A program made the position numbers and the translations under genes. This document shows positions 19,011 through 29,561 of a stretch of DNA of 64,000 bases, piece by piece. How positions within the stretch are numbered: position 1 is the first letter of the stretch; each line of letters opens with the position of its first letter. The notes under the pieces were generated by a model. That model had not been told where the DNA came from. It ran no database searches and was given only the letters and a program-made list of their open reading frames with translations. This DNA comes from a bacterium (GTDB lineage: Bacteria > JAMCPX01), in assembly GCA_021792615.1 (NCBI GenBank), contig JAJYUJ010000008.1:11900-75899 (forward strand), written 5' to 3'.

Positions 19011-19886
19011 TTAGTATGTGTTTGGTATCAATTGCTTTATGTAGCCCATTGCGTTGTTAAGCATCTCATTCGTTATGTAAGATGGTGGATCCTGGTTGGA
19101 TAATGCAATCTTTGCCTTTGTCTGGGGCGTTGATTGCGTAAAGGATTCTATCTGAGAAAGCGATCTCGCAGATGCGAGCGCTGTCAGTGAATTATTGTTG
19201 GGATTGTTAATAATTGATTGTAGAACAGGTTCCAATGCTTTATTGTACGTGTTCCCGCTTGATTCTGCACAGGCAGCTTGGAGAAGATCGGGCTGACTTG
19301 AATCAAGACAATATTCAAATGTCTTTATAATCTTATGAAGATAATGACTGCTGCCCTCTTCATTATTATCATCTCCATCATTACATCTTTCGGAAGAATT
19401 ATCACGGTTATTTAAAACAATATAATGAGCTAATTGGCCAAGCGTAATCGCTGCCTCTATCCTCAAACTGAGTTCAAACTTGTAAGCGCTCGGGGTAGCT
19501 GAAGCGTTACACGCATTTGAGAACTTATTAAAAATGCTCGAATCATCATCTATCTTCTGCGTTACAATGGTACTTGTGCCTTTTATCGTCTCGTAAAGCT
19601 TGCCTTCATATGCAACATCCAACGCCTTCGAAACGACCTGCTGTGCATGGGTTTGTGGATGCTCTAAGATTTCTTCTGCCGCTCCATAACGCTCATGCTT
19701 TTTATCACTGTTCAATCGGTTAAGTAAATCTTGTTCTCTGTTGCTAAACCAGGAAATAAACGATTGGCACTGAGGTGAAATGGTGGTATTGTTTTGTCCT
19801 GATCGATCGTCGTCGCTGAATGCTGAATTTAATACAAATCCTAGGAACAAGGATATTACACTTAGAAACAAAAGAATTCTTTTCAT
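19011..19886 (-). CDS. Exported HEAT-repeat-like protein
   Basis: Signal peptide; RYGAAEEI, LRIEAAITLGQL, ALASARSLSQI helical repeats; GGAGG RBS. Confidence 0.65.
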   Translation of the reverse strand: MKRILLFLSVISLFLGFVLNSAFSDDDRSGQNNTTISPQCQSFISWFSNREQDLLNRLNSDKKHERYGAAEEILEHPQTHAQQVVSKALDVAYEGKLYETIKGTSTIVTQKIDDDSSIFNKFSNACNASATPSAYKFELSLRIEAAITLGQLAHYIVLNNRDNSSERCNDGDDNNEEGSSHYLHKIIKTFEYCLDSSQPDLLQAACAESSGNTYNKALEPVLQSIINNPNNNSLTALASARSLSQIESFTQSTPQTKAKIALSNQDPPSYITNEMLNNAMGYIKQLIPNTY

Positions 19887-20322
19887 ACAAAGCCCTCCTT
19901 CTCAACCGTCTATATTTGAAACCCTCTATCGGGTTTCAAATATACTAAAACAAATCTGCTTTTAAAGGTGAACTAAGTTGTTTCTACATTCGTGATTAAT
20001 CTTAGATAAATCAGAAATACTTATAGTTGTCAAGAGTCTAGTTTTCGATCAAAGCTGTAGTCGATAATGTAAAGTAGGTGCACGAAGATCCTCGAAGCCC
20101 AGCGGCTTCTCTACACCGTTCAAAAAACGTCCCTTTTTGGAACGCTTATTTTAAATCTCGGTTTCAGAGGGAAGCGTTTACCCTGTTTTGATACCCCTTT
20201 TTTGGACACCAAAAAGAGCTTATCAAGCATGCGGTCATCCGCGATAATAAACGAATGTATCTTGTCCAGGGGTTGTTGTAGAGAACGTACGAATAAGACA
20301 GAAGAAACCGATCGTTTATTGC

Positions 20323-20817
20323 TCAGGGCTGTTTCTTTGATTTGCCTGAAAACAGCAGGTCGATGGCGAGCAGGATTGCTCCGACGGTGATCGCACTGTC
20401 CGCTACGTTGAACGCAGGCCAGTGCGTGTTTTTTACAAACACATCTATAAAATCCACAACGTAACCGAGCCGTATCCGATCGATAACATTTCCAACCGCA
20501 CCGCCCATGATCATGGATAATGCGATCATGGACAATCCGGTCATGTCCTTCGAAAACAGATATACAAAAAACAGTACAATAAAAACGGCTACCGACAGCA
20601 CCGTAAGCATCGTTGTCCGGAATATACACTGGCCGTTGTTGAACATACCGAAAGCAACCCCCCGGTTATAGACACTGACGAGATCAAGGAAACCCGGGAC
20701 GATAACAACCTGCCGGGTAAGGTAATGGACCACAAGGTATTTTGACACCTGATCCAGCAGCACGATAACAGCGGCTATCAGAACGAGGGTCGTCAGCCTC
20801 TGCTTTAAGGGTATCAT
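20323..20817 (-). CDS. lspA: Lipoprotein signal peptidase
   Basis: DQVSK, NRGVAFG, GGAVGNVIDR, VVDFI, WPAFNVAD; ATG overlaps the ileS TGA. Confidence 0.97.
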   Translation of the reverse strand: MIPLKQRLTTLVLIAAVIVLLDQVSKYLVVHYLTRQVVIVPGFLDLVSVYNRGVAFGMFNNGQCIFRTTMLTVLSVAVFIVLFFVYLFSKDMTGLSMIALSMIMGGAVGNVIDRIRLGYVVDFIDVFVKNTHWPAFNVADSAITVGAILLAIDLLFSGKSKKQP

Positions 20818-23612
20818 CAACGGACCGCCTCGACACATCGTGTGCACAGCGTCGGATGCTGCGCGTCCTGACCCACCGAATCCGAATAATTCCAGCACCG
20901 TTCGCATTTTTGCCCGTGCGCCTTTTGAATCTGCACGTTCAGGACATCTGTTCCCTGTTTTACTTCTACCTGGGAAACGATAAAAAGCTCGGTCAGGGTA
21001 TTTTTATATTTTTCCAGCAATGCCTTATCCTCTTTTCCGGCCTCAATGACAACCATCGTTTCCAGCGAAGAACCAATGGTCTTGTTTGCACGCTGTATCT
21101 CGATAGCCTTGTTGACCTCGTCCCGTATGAGTCTCAGCCTGCCGTAGTCCTGATATACCGTCGTGTCCGTTTCCGGGAATACCCGGTGCCGGGCACTATC
21201 CGTTAAAAATATACTTTCTGTCCCTTTGTCCGGCATATATCGCCATACTTCTTCCGCCGTAAACGACAAGACCGGCGCAAGCATGGTAACAAGTGAAACA
21301 AGAATATCATACAGCACGGTCTGTCCGGAGCGCCGTGCTGTTGAAGTAGCTTTTGAAACATACAATCTGTCCTTGAGAATATCCAGATAGAAAGAACTCA
21401 GATCGACGATACAGAAATCGAGGATTGCATGATAAACGATATGGAAATCATACTCACGATAAGCCCGGTCTATTCGTTTGACAAGCTCCGCGGTCTTATA
21501 CAGCATATAACGATCGACCGCCTGCATATCCGCATATGCCGTCCGTCCTTGCGCAGGATCGAAATCATACAGGTTCCCCAATATGAATTTTATGGTATTC
21601 CGGATCTTTCGGTACGCCTCTTTCAATCGTTCCAGGATTTCCTTTGAAACACTGACGTCGCCTCTGAAATCCTCTGCGGAAACCCACAATCTCAGTACAT
21701 CCGCGCCATACTTATCAATGACCTCCTGCGGTGCAACGACGTTGCCGAGCTGTTTGCTCATTTTTCTGCCCTTCTCGTCCACAACAAATCCATGGGTGAG
21801 TACGGCCCTGTACGGTACGCCGTGTCCCGCCGTCAGGGATGTAAGCAGTGTCGATTGGAACCATCCCCTATGTTGATCGCTGCCCTCGAGATAAAGGTCC
21901 GCAGGCCAGACAAGATTATCGGTATGTTTGAGCACCACCGCATGACTAACCCCGGAGTCGAACCACACGTCCAGAATATTTTCTTCCTTCTCAAAACTTT
22001 TTCCGCCGCACTTCGGGCATGCATAGTCCGCCGGTATGAAGTCTCCGGCATCTTTTTCGAACCACGCATCAGCTCCTTTATCTTTAAACAGTTGAGAAAC
22101 GCGCAAAGCAATATCCGGGTCCGCTACACTCTGCCCGCATCCCTTGCAGTAGAACACCGGGATCGGCACACCCCATACGCGCTGCCGGGATATACACCAA
22201 TCCGGTCTTGTTTCGAGCATGCCCTGAATCCTGTCTTTGCCCCATGAAGGTATCCACGCAACGCTATCTATTGCCTTCAACGCTTCTTTTCTCAGGTCGT
22301 GCTTTTCAACGGAGATAAACCATTGTTCCGTGGCCCTCGTTATAACGGGCTTTTTGCACCGCCAGCAGTGCGGATATGCATGAGGGTAGTCCTGCTGTTT
22401 TAACAGTGCACCATTTTCCTTGAGCTTTTCTATAATCTCTTTATTCGCATCGAATACGAACTTGCCGGCAAAAAACTCCACCTCGTTCATGAATTTGCCA
22501 TACCTGTCCACCGGTGAATAGACCTCAAGCCCGTACCGCTCTCCGGTCTTATAGTCATCTGCGCCGTGTCCCGGTGCAGTATGAACGCAACCCGTACCGA
22601 TATCCGTTGTAACGTAATCCCCGAGCGTAATAAGAGAGTCCCTGTTATAAAAGGGATGTGACGCAATAATGCCTTCAAGCGTTTCGCCCTTAAAAATCCC
22701 TTTTACCTGCCCTTCTTTCCACCCCGGCAATATTTCCTTAAGACTCGCCAACAGCGGTTGGGCAACAATATAAATATACTCTATTGGTTGTGACGGTACT
22801 CCCGGTACAAAAGAAACATCTGTTTTGACTTCGAAAGCAACGTACTCCAGTTCCGGGTGTACGGTAATGGCAAGGTTGGCTGGAAGTGTCCATGGTGTTG
22901 TCGTCCATATGACAAAATAAACATTTTTGCCCCTCAATGATGCCGGCAGCTTTCCTTTGTCGTCCTTGACCTTGAACCGGACATAGACAGAGGGAGAGAC
23001 ATGGTTTTCGTATTCGACTTCAGCCTCTGCAAGCGCGGTAGCGTCGTGAGCGCACCAGTAAACAGGCTTTTTGCCTTTATACACATAGCCGTTGCGCATG
23101 ATCTTCGACAGCTCTTCGACGATCGCCGCTTCATAGCCGTAATTCATGGTGAGGTAAGGCGCTTCCCACCTGCCGAGAACCCCGAGCCGCATAAACTCCT
23201 GCCGCTGTATATCGACAAACTGCTGTGCAAATTTTCTGCATTCCCGGCGTATCTCGAGTTTCGACATCCCCTGTTTTTTCTGTCCCAGAGACTTATCGAC
23301 ATTATGTTCAATGGGCAAACCATGACAATCCCAGCCGGGCACGTACTCCGCTTTGAAACCGTGCATTGCTTTTTCCTTGATGATAATATCTTTCAGAATC
23401 TTGTTGAGCGCATGGCCTATGTGTATGTGTCCATTCGCATACGGAGGTCCGTCATGAAGCATAAAGGTTGCACCGGAGCTGTTTTTCCTGATGATCTTTT
23501 CATAGATGGCATTCTCCTCCCAGAACTTGAGAATATCCGGCTCTTTTTTGGGAAGGTCCGCCTTCATCGGAAAATCGGTCTTCGGTAAATTCAACGTGTT
23601 CTTGTAATCCAT
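20817..23612 (-). CDS. ileS: Isoleucyl-tRNA synthetase (type 1)
   Basis: DGPPYANGHIHIGH, GWDCHGLP, KMSKQ, C-terminal CERCW Zn finger. Confidence 0.98.
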   Translation of the reverse strand: MDYKNTLNLPKTDFPMKADLPKKEPDILKFWEENAIYEKIIRKNSSGATFMLHDGPPYANGHIHIGHALNKILKDIIIKEKAMHGFKAEYVPGWDCHGLPIEHNVDKSLGQKKQGMSKLEIRRECRKFAQQFVDIQRQEFMRLGVLGRWEAPYLTMNYGYEAAIVEELSKIMRNGYVYKGKKPVYWCAHDATALAEAEVEYENHVSPSVYVRFKVKDDKGKLPASLRGKNVYFVIWTTTPWTLPANLAITVHPELEYVAFEVKTDVSFVPGVPSQPIEYIYIVAQPLLASLKEILPGWKEGQVKGIFKGETLEGIIASHPFYNRDSLITLGDYVTTDIGTGCVHTAPGHGADDYKTGERYGLEVYSPVDRYGKFMNEVEFFAGKFVFDANKEIIEKLKENGALLKQQDYPHAYPHCWRCKKPVITRATEQWFISVEKHDLRKEALKAIDSVAWIPSWGKDRIQGMLETRPDWCISRQRVWGVPIPVFYCKGCGQSVADPDIALRVSQLFKDKGADAWFEKDAGDFIPADYACPKCGGKSFEKEENILDVWFDSGVSHAVVLKHTDNLVWPADLYLEGSDQHRGWFQSTLLTSLTAGHGVPYRAVLTHGFVVDEKGRKMSKQLGNVVAPQEVIDKYGADVLRLWVSAEDFRGDVSVSKEILERLKEAYRKIRNTIKFILGNLYDFDPAQGRTAYADMQAVDRYMLYKTAELVKRIDRAYREYDFHIVYHAILDFCIVDLSSFYLDILKDRLYVSKATSTARRSGQTVLYDILVSLVTMLAPVLSFTAEEVWRYMPDKGTESIFLTDSARHRVFPETDTTVYQDYGRLRLIRDEVNKAIEIQRANKTIGSSLETMVVIEAGKEDKALLEKYKNTLTELFIVSQVEVKQGTDVLNVQIQKAHGQKCERCWNYSDSVGQDAQHPTLCTRCVEAVR

Positions 23613-23710
23613 AATAACTTAACACTTTAAATGAATAACGAACACTCTGTCAAGCACCTACGTGCCGGTTCGTGATTTGCCAACGTATGTTCCCGGTGAA
23701 TGTGCCGCTA

Positions 23711-24112
23711 TCAGTGAGGAATATTTGTCTTTTTTTTGTCAAACATGGGCGATGAGATCAAAAAATCCGCCGTTGCCCTGTTGCAGGCCATGGGGATGTT
23801 GTACAGCACGGCAAGCCTCAGCAGAGCTTTCACGTCGACGTCGTGCGGCTGCGGTGTCAGAGGGTCCCATAAAAAAATGAGTATATCTATCTTTCCTTCT
23901 GCGATCATGGCGCCCGTTTGCGCATCCCCGCCGTGAGGCCCGCTCAGTAAAAGGTTCACCTCGAGCCCCGTATGTCTTTTTATTTCCTGTCCGGTAGACC
24001 GGGTCGCATAAACGGTGTATTCTCTGAGTGTTCCTTCATTGTATTTTACCCATTCCACAAGGTCCAGCTTTTTAGAATCATGCGCAACAAGCGCAATGAC
24101 CTTATTGTTCAT
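23711..24112 (-). CDS. mgsA: Methylglyoxal synthase
   Basis: [26 protein letters not shown]. Confidence 0.95.
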   Translation of the reverse strand: MNNKVIALVAHDSKKLDLVEWVKYNEGTLREYTVYATRSTGQEIKRHTGLEVNLLLSGPHGGDAQTGAMIAEGKIDILIFLWDPLTPQPHDVDVKALLRLAVLYNIPMACNRATADFLISSPMFDKKKTNIPH

Positions 24113-24187
24113 AGAAAAAGTCTCCTTTTTTTGTTTTGTCCCGTCCCTGTCCCGCAACCCGGGAATAAAGTAACGGTTCCATGGGTC

Positions 24188-25576
24188 TTACTTGCCTATG
24201 CAGAATTCTGCAAAGATCTTATCGAGTATATCCTGCGATGTCACTTCTCCGGTAAGCTCTTTCAGTCCGACAAGCGCGCTGTCGACTTCTTCGGCGACAA
24301 TTTCCGGGAATGCCTGTTGATCGATAAGATTGATGGCTGCATTTAAGGAAAGCTCTATATGTTCCAGTGCCTGCTTATGCCGGTACCTGTTTATGACCGG
24401 CGCATTCTCGATCGAGGGCGATAGAGCGGGTCCTGAAACGCCCTGTACGAGTGACTCGACGCCTTCGCGCGTTTTAGCCGATACCGGGAATACGGAATAA
24501 TCCTCAAATGCATTTTTTGCCTGTTCAATCTGGTCTGCGGATGCAATATCCACTTTGTTTATCGCGATAATGACATTGTCCTTGTGCTCTTGTGCGATCG
24601 AGAGTTCTTCGTCGTAACGAGACGCTGCCGCCGGATCAATAACAATGATGACGATATCCGATTTTTCTACCCTGCTGCGGGTCATCTCCATACCAAGCTT
24701 TTCGATAGGCTCTTCGCTGTTCCGGATCCCCGCAGTGTCGGTAAATACGAGTTTTACGCCTTTGTGGTTGATTACTTCTTCTATATAGTCCCTCGTCGTT
24801 CCCGGATGGGGTGTAACTATGGCCCTGTTTTCTCCGACGATTGCGTTAAAAAGGCTTGATTTGCCCGCGTTGGGCCTTCCAATCAATACAACGTGTATGC
24901 CTTCCCGTATAATTTTTGCATGGTCGTAACTTTTCAATACGTGTACGACCTCATCATGCGCAGCCTGCAGTATGAACTTCAGATCGAACAATTGCTTTGG
25001 GGAAGCTTCCTCCTCCGGAAAATCTATCAGCACTTCTAAGTTTGTTTTTACCTGAACGAGCTTTTTCTTTATCGAAGAAATAAACTCGGACAGTACGCCC
25101 GAAATCTGTTTTATTGCCTGCACTCTCGCAGCGTCTGTATCCGCCCGAACAAGATCCAAAACCGCTTCCGCCTGTAACAGATCCATCTTGCCATTCAAAA
25201 ATGCCCGTCTGGTAAATTCTCCCCTGTCTGCAAGCCTTGCCCCGGCCTTCAATACTCTCTGCAAAACGGAGTTGATGACATTCGAACCTCCGTGCGTGTA
25301 TATCTCCACCATTTCCTCCCCGGTGTAGGTTTTGCCGGCTTTCATAAAAGCGATCAATACCTGATCGAGAGAAGAGGTGTTTGCCCCATTCATAACAGAA
25401 CCCCGGTACAATCTGTGGCTCTGATATTTTTTTATGGGTTTTGAAGGTAAAAATATCTCCCGGAATATTTGGTATGCCTTGTTGCCGCTCAGCCGGACTA
25501 TGCCTATGGCGCCTTCACCCTGGGCCGTGCTTATGGCAGCAATGGTGTCGGTTGTTACGATTGTATTTTTTTTCAT
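24188..25576 (-). CDS. mnmE: tRNA modification GTPase MnmE/TrmE
   Basis: DTIAAIST, GEFTRRAFLNGK, GRPNAGKSSL, GTTRD, DTAG, FCIGK. Confidence 0.98.
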   Translation of the reverse strand: MKKNTIVTTDTIAAISTAQGEGAIGIVRLSGNKAYQIFREIFLPSKPIKKYQSHRLYRGSVMNGANTSSLDQVLIAFMKAGKTYTGEEMVEIYTHGGSNVINSVLQRVLKAGARLADRGEFTRRAFLNGKMDLLQAEAVLDLVRADTDAARVQAIKQISGVLSEFISSIKKKLVQVKTNLEVLIDFPEEEASPKQLFDLKFILQAAHDEVVHVLKSYDHAKIIREGIHVVLIGRPNAGKSSLFNAIVGENRAIVTPHPGTTRDYIEEVINHKGVKLVFTDTAGIRNSEEPIEKLGMEMTRSRVEKSDIVIIVIDPAAASRYDEELSIAQEHKDNVIIAINKVDIASADQIEQAKNAFEDYSVFPVSAKTREGVESLVQGVSGPALSPSIENAPVINRYRHKQALEHIELSLNAAINLIDQQAFPEIVAEEVDSALVGLKELTGEVTSQDILDKIFAEFCIGK

Positions 25577-26054
25577 AGTACTGTTTTATTCAGTTTAATC
25601 TTTTACCGCTTGTCACGGCAACGATTATAAAACCTATTCCTATTCTGTGCATATTCATGTACAAGTGTCAATCTGACAGAGAGTATCCACTCTCAAAAAC
25701 CTTCCCGGTTTGCCGCTCAATGTTTGCTATCATCAAAAGCTTGACAAGCAGGAATTATAGCATAATATGAAGTTGTGAAAAAGACTAAATTACTTTTATA
25801 TTTCAATAAGTTAGTCAATAACAACACTTTGTGGTCAGTTTTTTACACTATACCATATATTGTTTATATTTAATGGTTTTTTTTCGCATGAAAAGCAGGG
25901 GAAAAGCACAGAAAATGAATGGTAACTATTTGTATTATATATACTTTACAGGTTTTCCACAGGTGTTGAAAAACTTGTGTGTTTCTCATGCTGGTTTGCT
26001 TTTGATCTCAACAAGTTACACTACAAGTTATATGATAATTATAAGGGGGCCTCT
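25577..26054. promoter_or_regulatory. Upstream oriC / divergent mnmE-dnaA promoter region
   Basis: AT-rich; DnaA-box-like TTTTCCACA 25953-25961 and TGTTGAAAA 25964-25972; TTGACA at 25741 (+) and 25666-25671 (-). Confidence 0.65.
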
Positions 26055-27371
26055 ATGGAAGCGTGGGAAAAAATAAAAAAAGAATTGATTAATATTTATA
26101 AGGATACCAACGACGATCCGTGGATAACTATCTTAAATCCTTTAAGTTTTAATGATAACTCCCTTATACTTGGGGTACCTGATGATTTTTCATTAGACTG
26201 GATAAAAACTCACTATCACTCTGATATATTGAAATTGGCAAGGTCTATAATCGGCGACGGAACAAATGTCGAGTTGGTAATCGACCATAGAGAAGAAATC
26301 GATGTTGAAAGTCACGCTTTTTTACCTAATATAGGGTTTACCCATCTCAATAATTCAAAAGGCCTTTTAAAAAACTATACCTTTGATAATTATGTGGTAG
26401 GCGAATCAAATAAATTTGCAAGCGCTGCCGCGGTTGCCGTTTCTCAAAACCCGGGCAGGTCATATAATCCTCTTTTTATATACGGCGGTGTCGGACTCGG
26501 CAAAACACACGTTATCAATGCGATCGGCAACCTCATCGACGATGAACATAAAGGGTTGAATATCATTTATATGACCACGGAAAATTTCGTTAACGATCTT
26601 GTGAATCATCTGAGAGACAGGAAAATGGATATTTTCAGGGAGGTCTATAGAAATTGCGATGTGCTGCTTATCGATGATATTCAGTTTATTTCGAATAAGG
26701 AGCGATCCCAGGAAGAAATGTTTCATACATTCAATACGCTGTATGAAGAAAAGAAACAGATAGTATTTACGTCCGATAAACTCCCCAAAGAAATTCCCAA
26801 TATAGAGGAGCGGCTGAGAAGCAGGTTCGAGATGGGTCTTATCGCAGACATACAGGTACCCGACATAGAAACGAAGGTAGCTATTATAAAAAAGAAGGCA
26901 GAGAGTGACCGTATCGAGATCGATGATGAAATAGCTTTTTTCCTGGCATACAACACCCAATCGAACATACGGGAACTCGAAGGCTATCTTACCCGGTTGT
27001 CCGCGTATGCAATTTTGACAAAGACAAAGCTGAATATCCACGTTGCAAAAGAAGTTTTATCCGGTCTCATTAGAAAAAAGGATAAATGGCTTACCATAGA
27101 TGATATCCAGAAAGCAGTAGCCATGCATTTCAAAATAAAAGTTTCAGACCTTCTTTCTACGAAGAGAATGAAGTTTATAGCCCTCCCCAGGCAGGTGGCA
27201 ATGTTTTTGTCCCGCACGCTCACCAATGCTTCTTATCCTGAAATAGGACTCCAATTTGGGAACAAGGACCATTCAACCGTCATTCACTCCGTCAATAAAA
27301 TAACAGAGATGATAAAGGACAATCAAAGTATAAAAGATGCTGTTGAAAAAATCAAAAAAGGTTTAGGATAA
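26055..27371 (+). CDS. dnaA: Chromosomal replication initiator DnaA
   Basis: YNPLFIYGGVGLGKTH, LLIDDIQF, RLRSRFEMGL, NIRELEG, KDHSTV. Confidence 0.98.
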   Translation: MEAWEKIKKELINIYKDTNDDPWITILNPLSFNDNSLILGVPDDFSLDWIKTHYHSDILKLARSIIGDGTNVELVIDHREEIDVESHAFLPNIGFTHLNNSKGLLKNYTFDNYVVGESNKFASAAAVAVSQNPGRSYNPLFIYGGVGLGKTHVINAIGNLIDDEHKGLNIIYMTTENFVNDLVNHLRDRKMDIFREVYRNCDVLLIDDIQFISNKERSQEEMFHTFNTLYEEKKQIVFTSDKLPKEIPNIEERLRSRFEMGLIADIQVPDIETKVAIIKKKAESDRIEIDDEIAFFLAYNTQSNIRELEGYLTRLSAYAILTKTKLNIHVAKEVLSGLIRKKDKWLTIDDIQKAVAMHFKIKVSDLLSTKRMKFIALPRQVAMFLSRTLTNASYPEIGLQFGNKDHSTVIHSVNKITEMIKDNQSIKDAVEKIKKGLG

Positions 27372-27556
27372 GAGAGTGATAAAGTTGTTGAAAAAGTACA
27401 ATTTATTTTTTATAGTGTTTATCAACAGAATAAGAACAATAGATTAAACAGGAATTATGAATTGTTTATATAAAAAATTCAATAACATAAGATAATAATT
27501 ATTTTATAAACATGCTTTACTACTACTAAAAATATAAAGACTATTAGGAGAGAATA
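27372..27556 (+). promoter_or_regulatory. oriC unwinding region between dnaA and dnaN
   Basis: Very AT-rich; boxes TGTTGAAAA 27386, TTATCAACA 27419, TTATAAACA 27504, followed by DnaA-trio-like TACTACTACTA 27518-27528. Confidence 0.75.
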
Positions 27557-28651
27557 ATGGAATTTACAATAGATAAAAGAATTTTGCTGATAGAAGTAAG
27601 CAAGGTTATCGGTGCAACGGAGCGAAAAGCTACAATGCCTATTTTATCAAATATATTATTAAAAGCGGAGAAGGGGACTCTTAAGATAACGGGAACGGAT
27701 TTGGAAGTTACGATAATAAGCATCATCAACTGTAATATTGTATCGGAAGGACAGGTATCCATTCCTGCAAAGAAATTTTATGATTATATCAGAGAATTGC
27801 CGGACAGGGACATCAACATAAAAAAAGAAGACGGTTTTATAGAGATCAGTACGGAAAAGATTTCCGGCAGATTAAAGGTGTTACAGGCAGAGGATTTTCC
27901 ACATATAGACGAATACAAGGGAAGTTATACGAAGGTATCGTATGAACAATTATTAAAGATGATCGATAAAACAATCTATGCAACGTCAATCGATGAAGTA
28001 AAATATAGCTTGAATGGTGTTTATATAGAAAAGGCCCTCGATAGTCTGCGTTGTGTTGCGACGGACAGTCACCGTCTTGCTCTGTACGAGGATGAAAGTC
28101 TAAAATCTATAGAGGGTCTTACAAAAGGTATCATCGTTCCAAGAAAAGGTCTGTATGAAATAAAGAAAATCGGCACGGAAAATGAAATAAATATCGCGGT
28201 AGAAAAAAATAAAAATTTAATTGTGAATATAGGGAATACGATTATACAAATACGGTTACTGGATTATGATTTTCCGGATTATAAATCGGTTTTACCTTCC
28301 GAAACAACAATAAATATAAAAATAAAAAAAGATATTTTGGTGTCCGCGGTCAAAAGGGCACAATCGATATATCAGGAAAAAATATCGCGGGTTGTATTGG
28401 ACATACAGAAAGACACAATCATCGTCGAGAGCAACGAACCCGATATCGGTGAAGTAAAGGAAGAAATAGAGATCGACTATAAAGGTAATCCGCTGAAAAT
28501 AGGGTTTAATGGCAAATACCTGCTCGATTGTTTGAACTCTATGGACGGCGAATTCGTATCCATGGGTTTCAATAACGAACAAAGCGCAAGTACGTTTTTT
28601 GCGGACGACAATAAAAAGCATATGAACCTCATCATGCCGATGAGGATGTAA
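27557..28651 (+). CDS. dnaN: DNA polymerase III beta clamp
   Basis: PILSNILL, GTDLE, VATDSHRLA, FPDY, IGFNGKYL, IMPMR. Confidence 0.98.
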   Translation: MEFTIDKRILLIEVSKVIGATERKATMPILSNILLKAEKGTLKITGTDLEVTIISIINCNIVSEGQVSIPAKKFYDYIRELPDRDINIKKEDGFIEISTEKISGRLKVLQAEDFPHIDEYKGSYTKVSYEQLLKMIDKTIYATSIDEVKYSLNGVYIEKALDSLRCVATDSHRLALYEDESLKSIEGLTKGIIVPRKGLYEIKKIGTENEINIAVEKNKNLIVNIGNTIIQIRLLDYDFPDYKSVLPSETTINIKIKKDILVSAVKRAQSIYQEKISRVVLDIQKDTIIVESNEPDIGEVKEEIEIDYKGNPLKIGFNGKYLLDCLNSMDGEFVSMGFNNEQSASTFFADDNKKHMNLIMPMRM

Positions 28652-28798
28652 TCCCGGTCAGGGAACCGGCCAAAGGCCGGTAAGTCTTCTGACTTTTACG
28701 TGGCTTTATACAAACCCTTTCAATAAGGAAATTTTTCGCAGTATGCCCGCCATACGAGGATGGGCTTATGAACGGGATAAAGGATAAGAGGTGAAACT

Positions 28799-29302
28799 AT
28801 GAAAAAAATGACCGAACAGAACTTGAGAGCGGCTTTTGCGGGAGAGTCTCAGGCTCACATGCGTTATTTGATTTTTTCCGAAAAAGCCGAAAAAGAAAAG
28901 AAAACAAATCTTGCACGCCTTTTTAAGGCTATCTCTTTTGCCGAACAGGTACATGCTACCAACCATTACCGGGCACTCGGGGAGATCCGGGACTCATCGA
29001 ATAATCTTCAGGAAGGCATAGACGGAGAAACGTACGAAGTGGAAGATATGTACCCTGCATATAAAGCAGTCGCCGAACTCCAGAAAGAACAATCCGCGGT
29101 CAGGACTACAAACTATGCGCTGGAAGCGGAAAAGATACACGAAGAAATGTATAAAACCGCAAAACAAACGGTTGATCAGGGAAAGGACATAGAAATCGGA
29201 GACATGTATATATGCGATATCTGCGGATACACGGTCGAAGGGGAAGCTCCTGCCGTCTGTCCGATCTGCGGCGCGAAAATAGAAAGGTTTAAAAAATTCT
29301 AA
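28799..29302 (+). CDS. Rubrerythrin
   Basis: AFAGESQA, EQVHA, ETYE..MYP, EKIH, CDICGY..CPICG. Confidence 0.95.
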   Translation: MKKMTEQNLRAAFAGESQAHMRYLIFSEKAEKEKKTNLARLFKAISFAEQVHATNHYRALGEIRDSSNNLQEGIDGETYEVEDMYPAYKAVAELQKEQSAVRTTNYALEAEKIHEEMYKTAKQTVDQGKDIEIGDMYICDICGYTVEGEAPAVCPICGAKIERFKKF

Positions 29303-29340
29303 AAAAGAAGGGGGCAGGTTTTCTCCCAGCCCCCTTTGGT
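29303..29340. terminator. Probable terminator between convergent genes
   Basis: AAAAAGAAGGGGGC...GCCCCCTTT hairpin. Confidence 0.6.
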
Positions 29341-29561
29341 TATTTCTTTTCTCCCTGCTGCGGTTGATCAGGCTTTTTTACCGTAGAGATCCCTGCAACC
29401 CGATACAGAGGACAGTAGTTTATACTCCCCGTCAGTATGGGAATAAAGCCTATGAGTCCCACCCATCTCCATGCAGAATGTACCCAAAAGATCATAGAGA
29501 TTAACAGCAACCCTATTATCCAGCGTATGATTTTATCTGTCGATCCGACATTTTTTTCCAT
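29340..29561 (-). CDS. DUF2892 (YgaP-like) membrane protein
   Basis: MEKNVGSTDKIIR..G..YCPLY..GIST; GGAGG RBS. Confidence 0.9.
   Translation of the reverse strand: MEKNVGSTDKIIRWIIGLLLISMIFWVHSAWRWVGLIGFIPILTGSINYCPLYRVAGISTVKKPDQPQQGEKK

Noticed and set aside
25831-26076. rpmH or another small gene upstream of dnaA; longer dnaA start at 25977
   Set aside because: No L34 motif; the region holds DnaA boxes; ATG 26055 has an RBS-like sequence and gives a normal DnaA length
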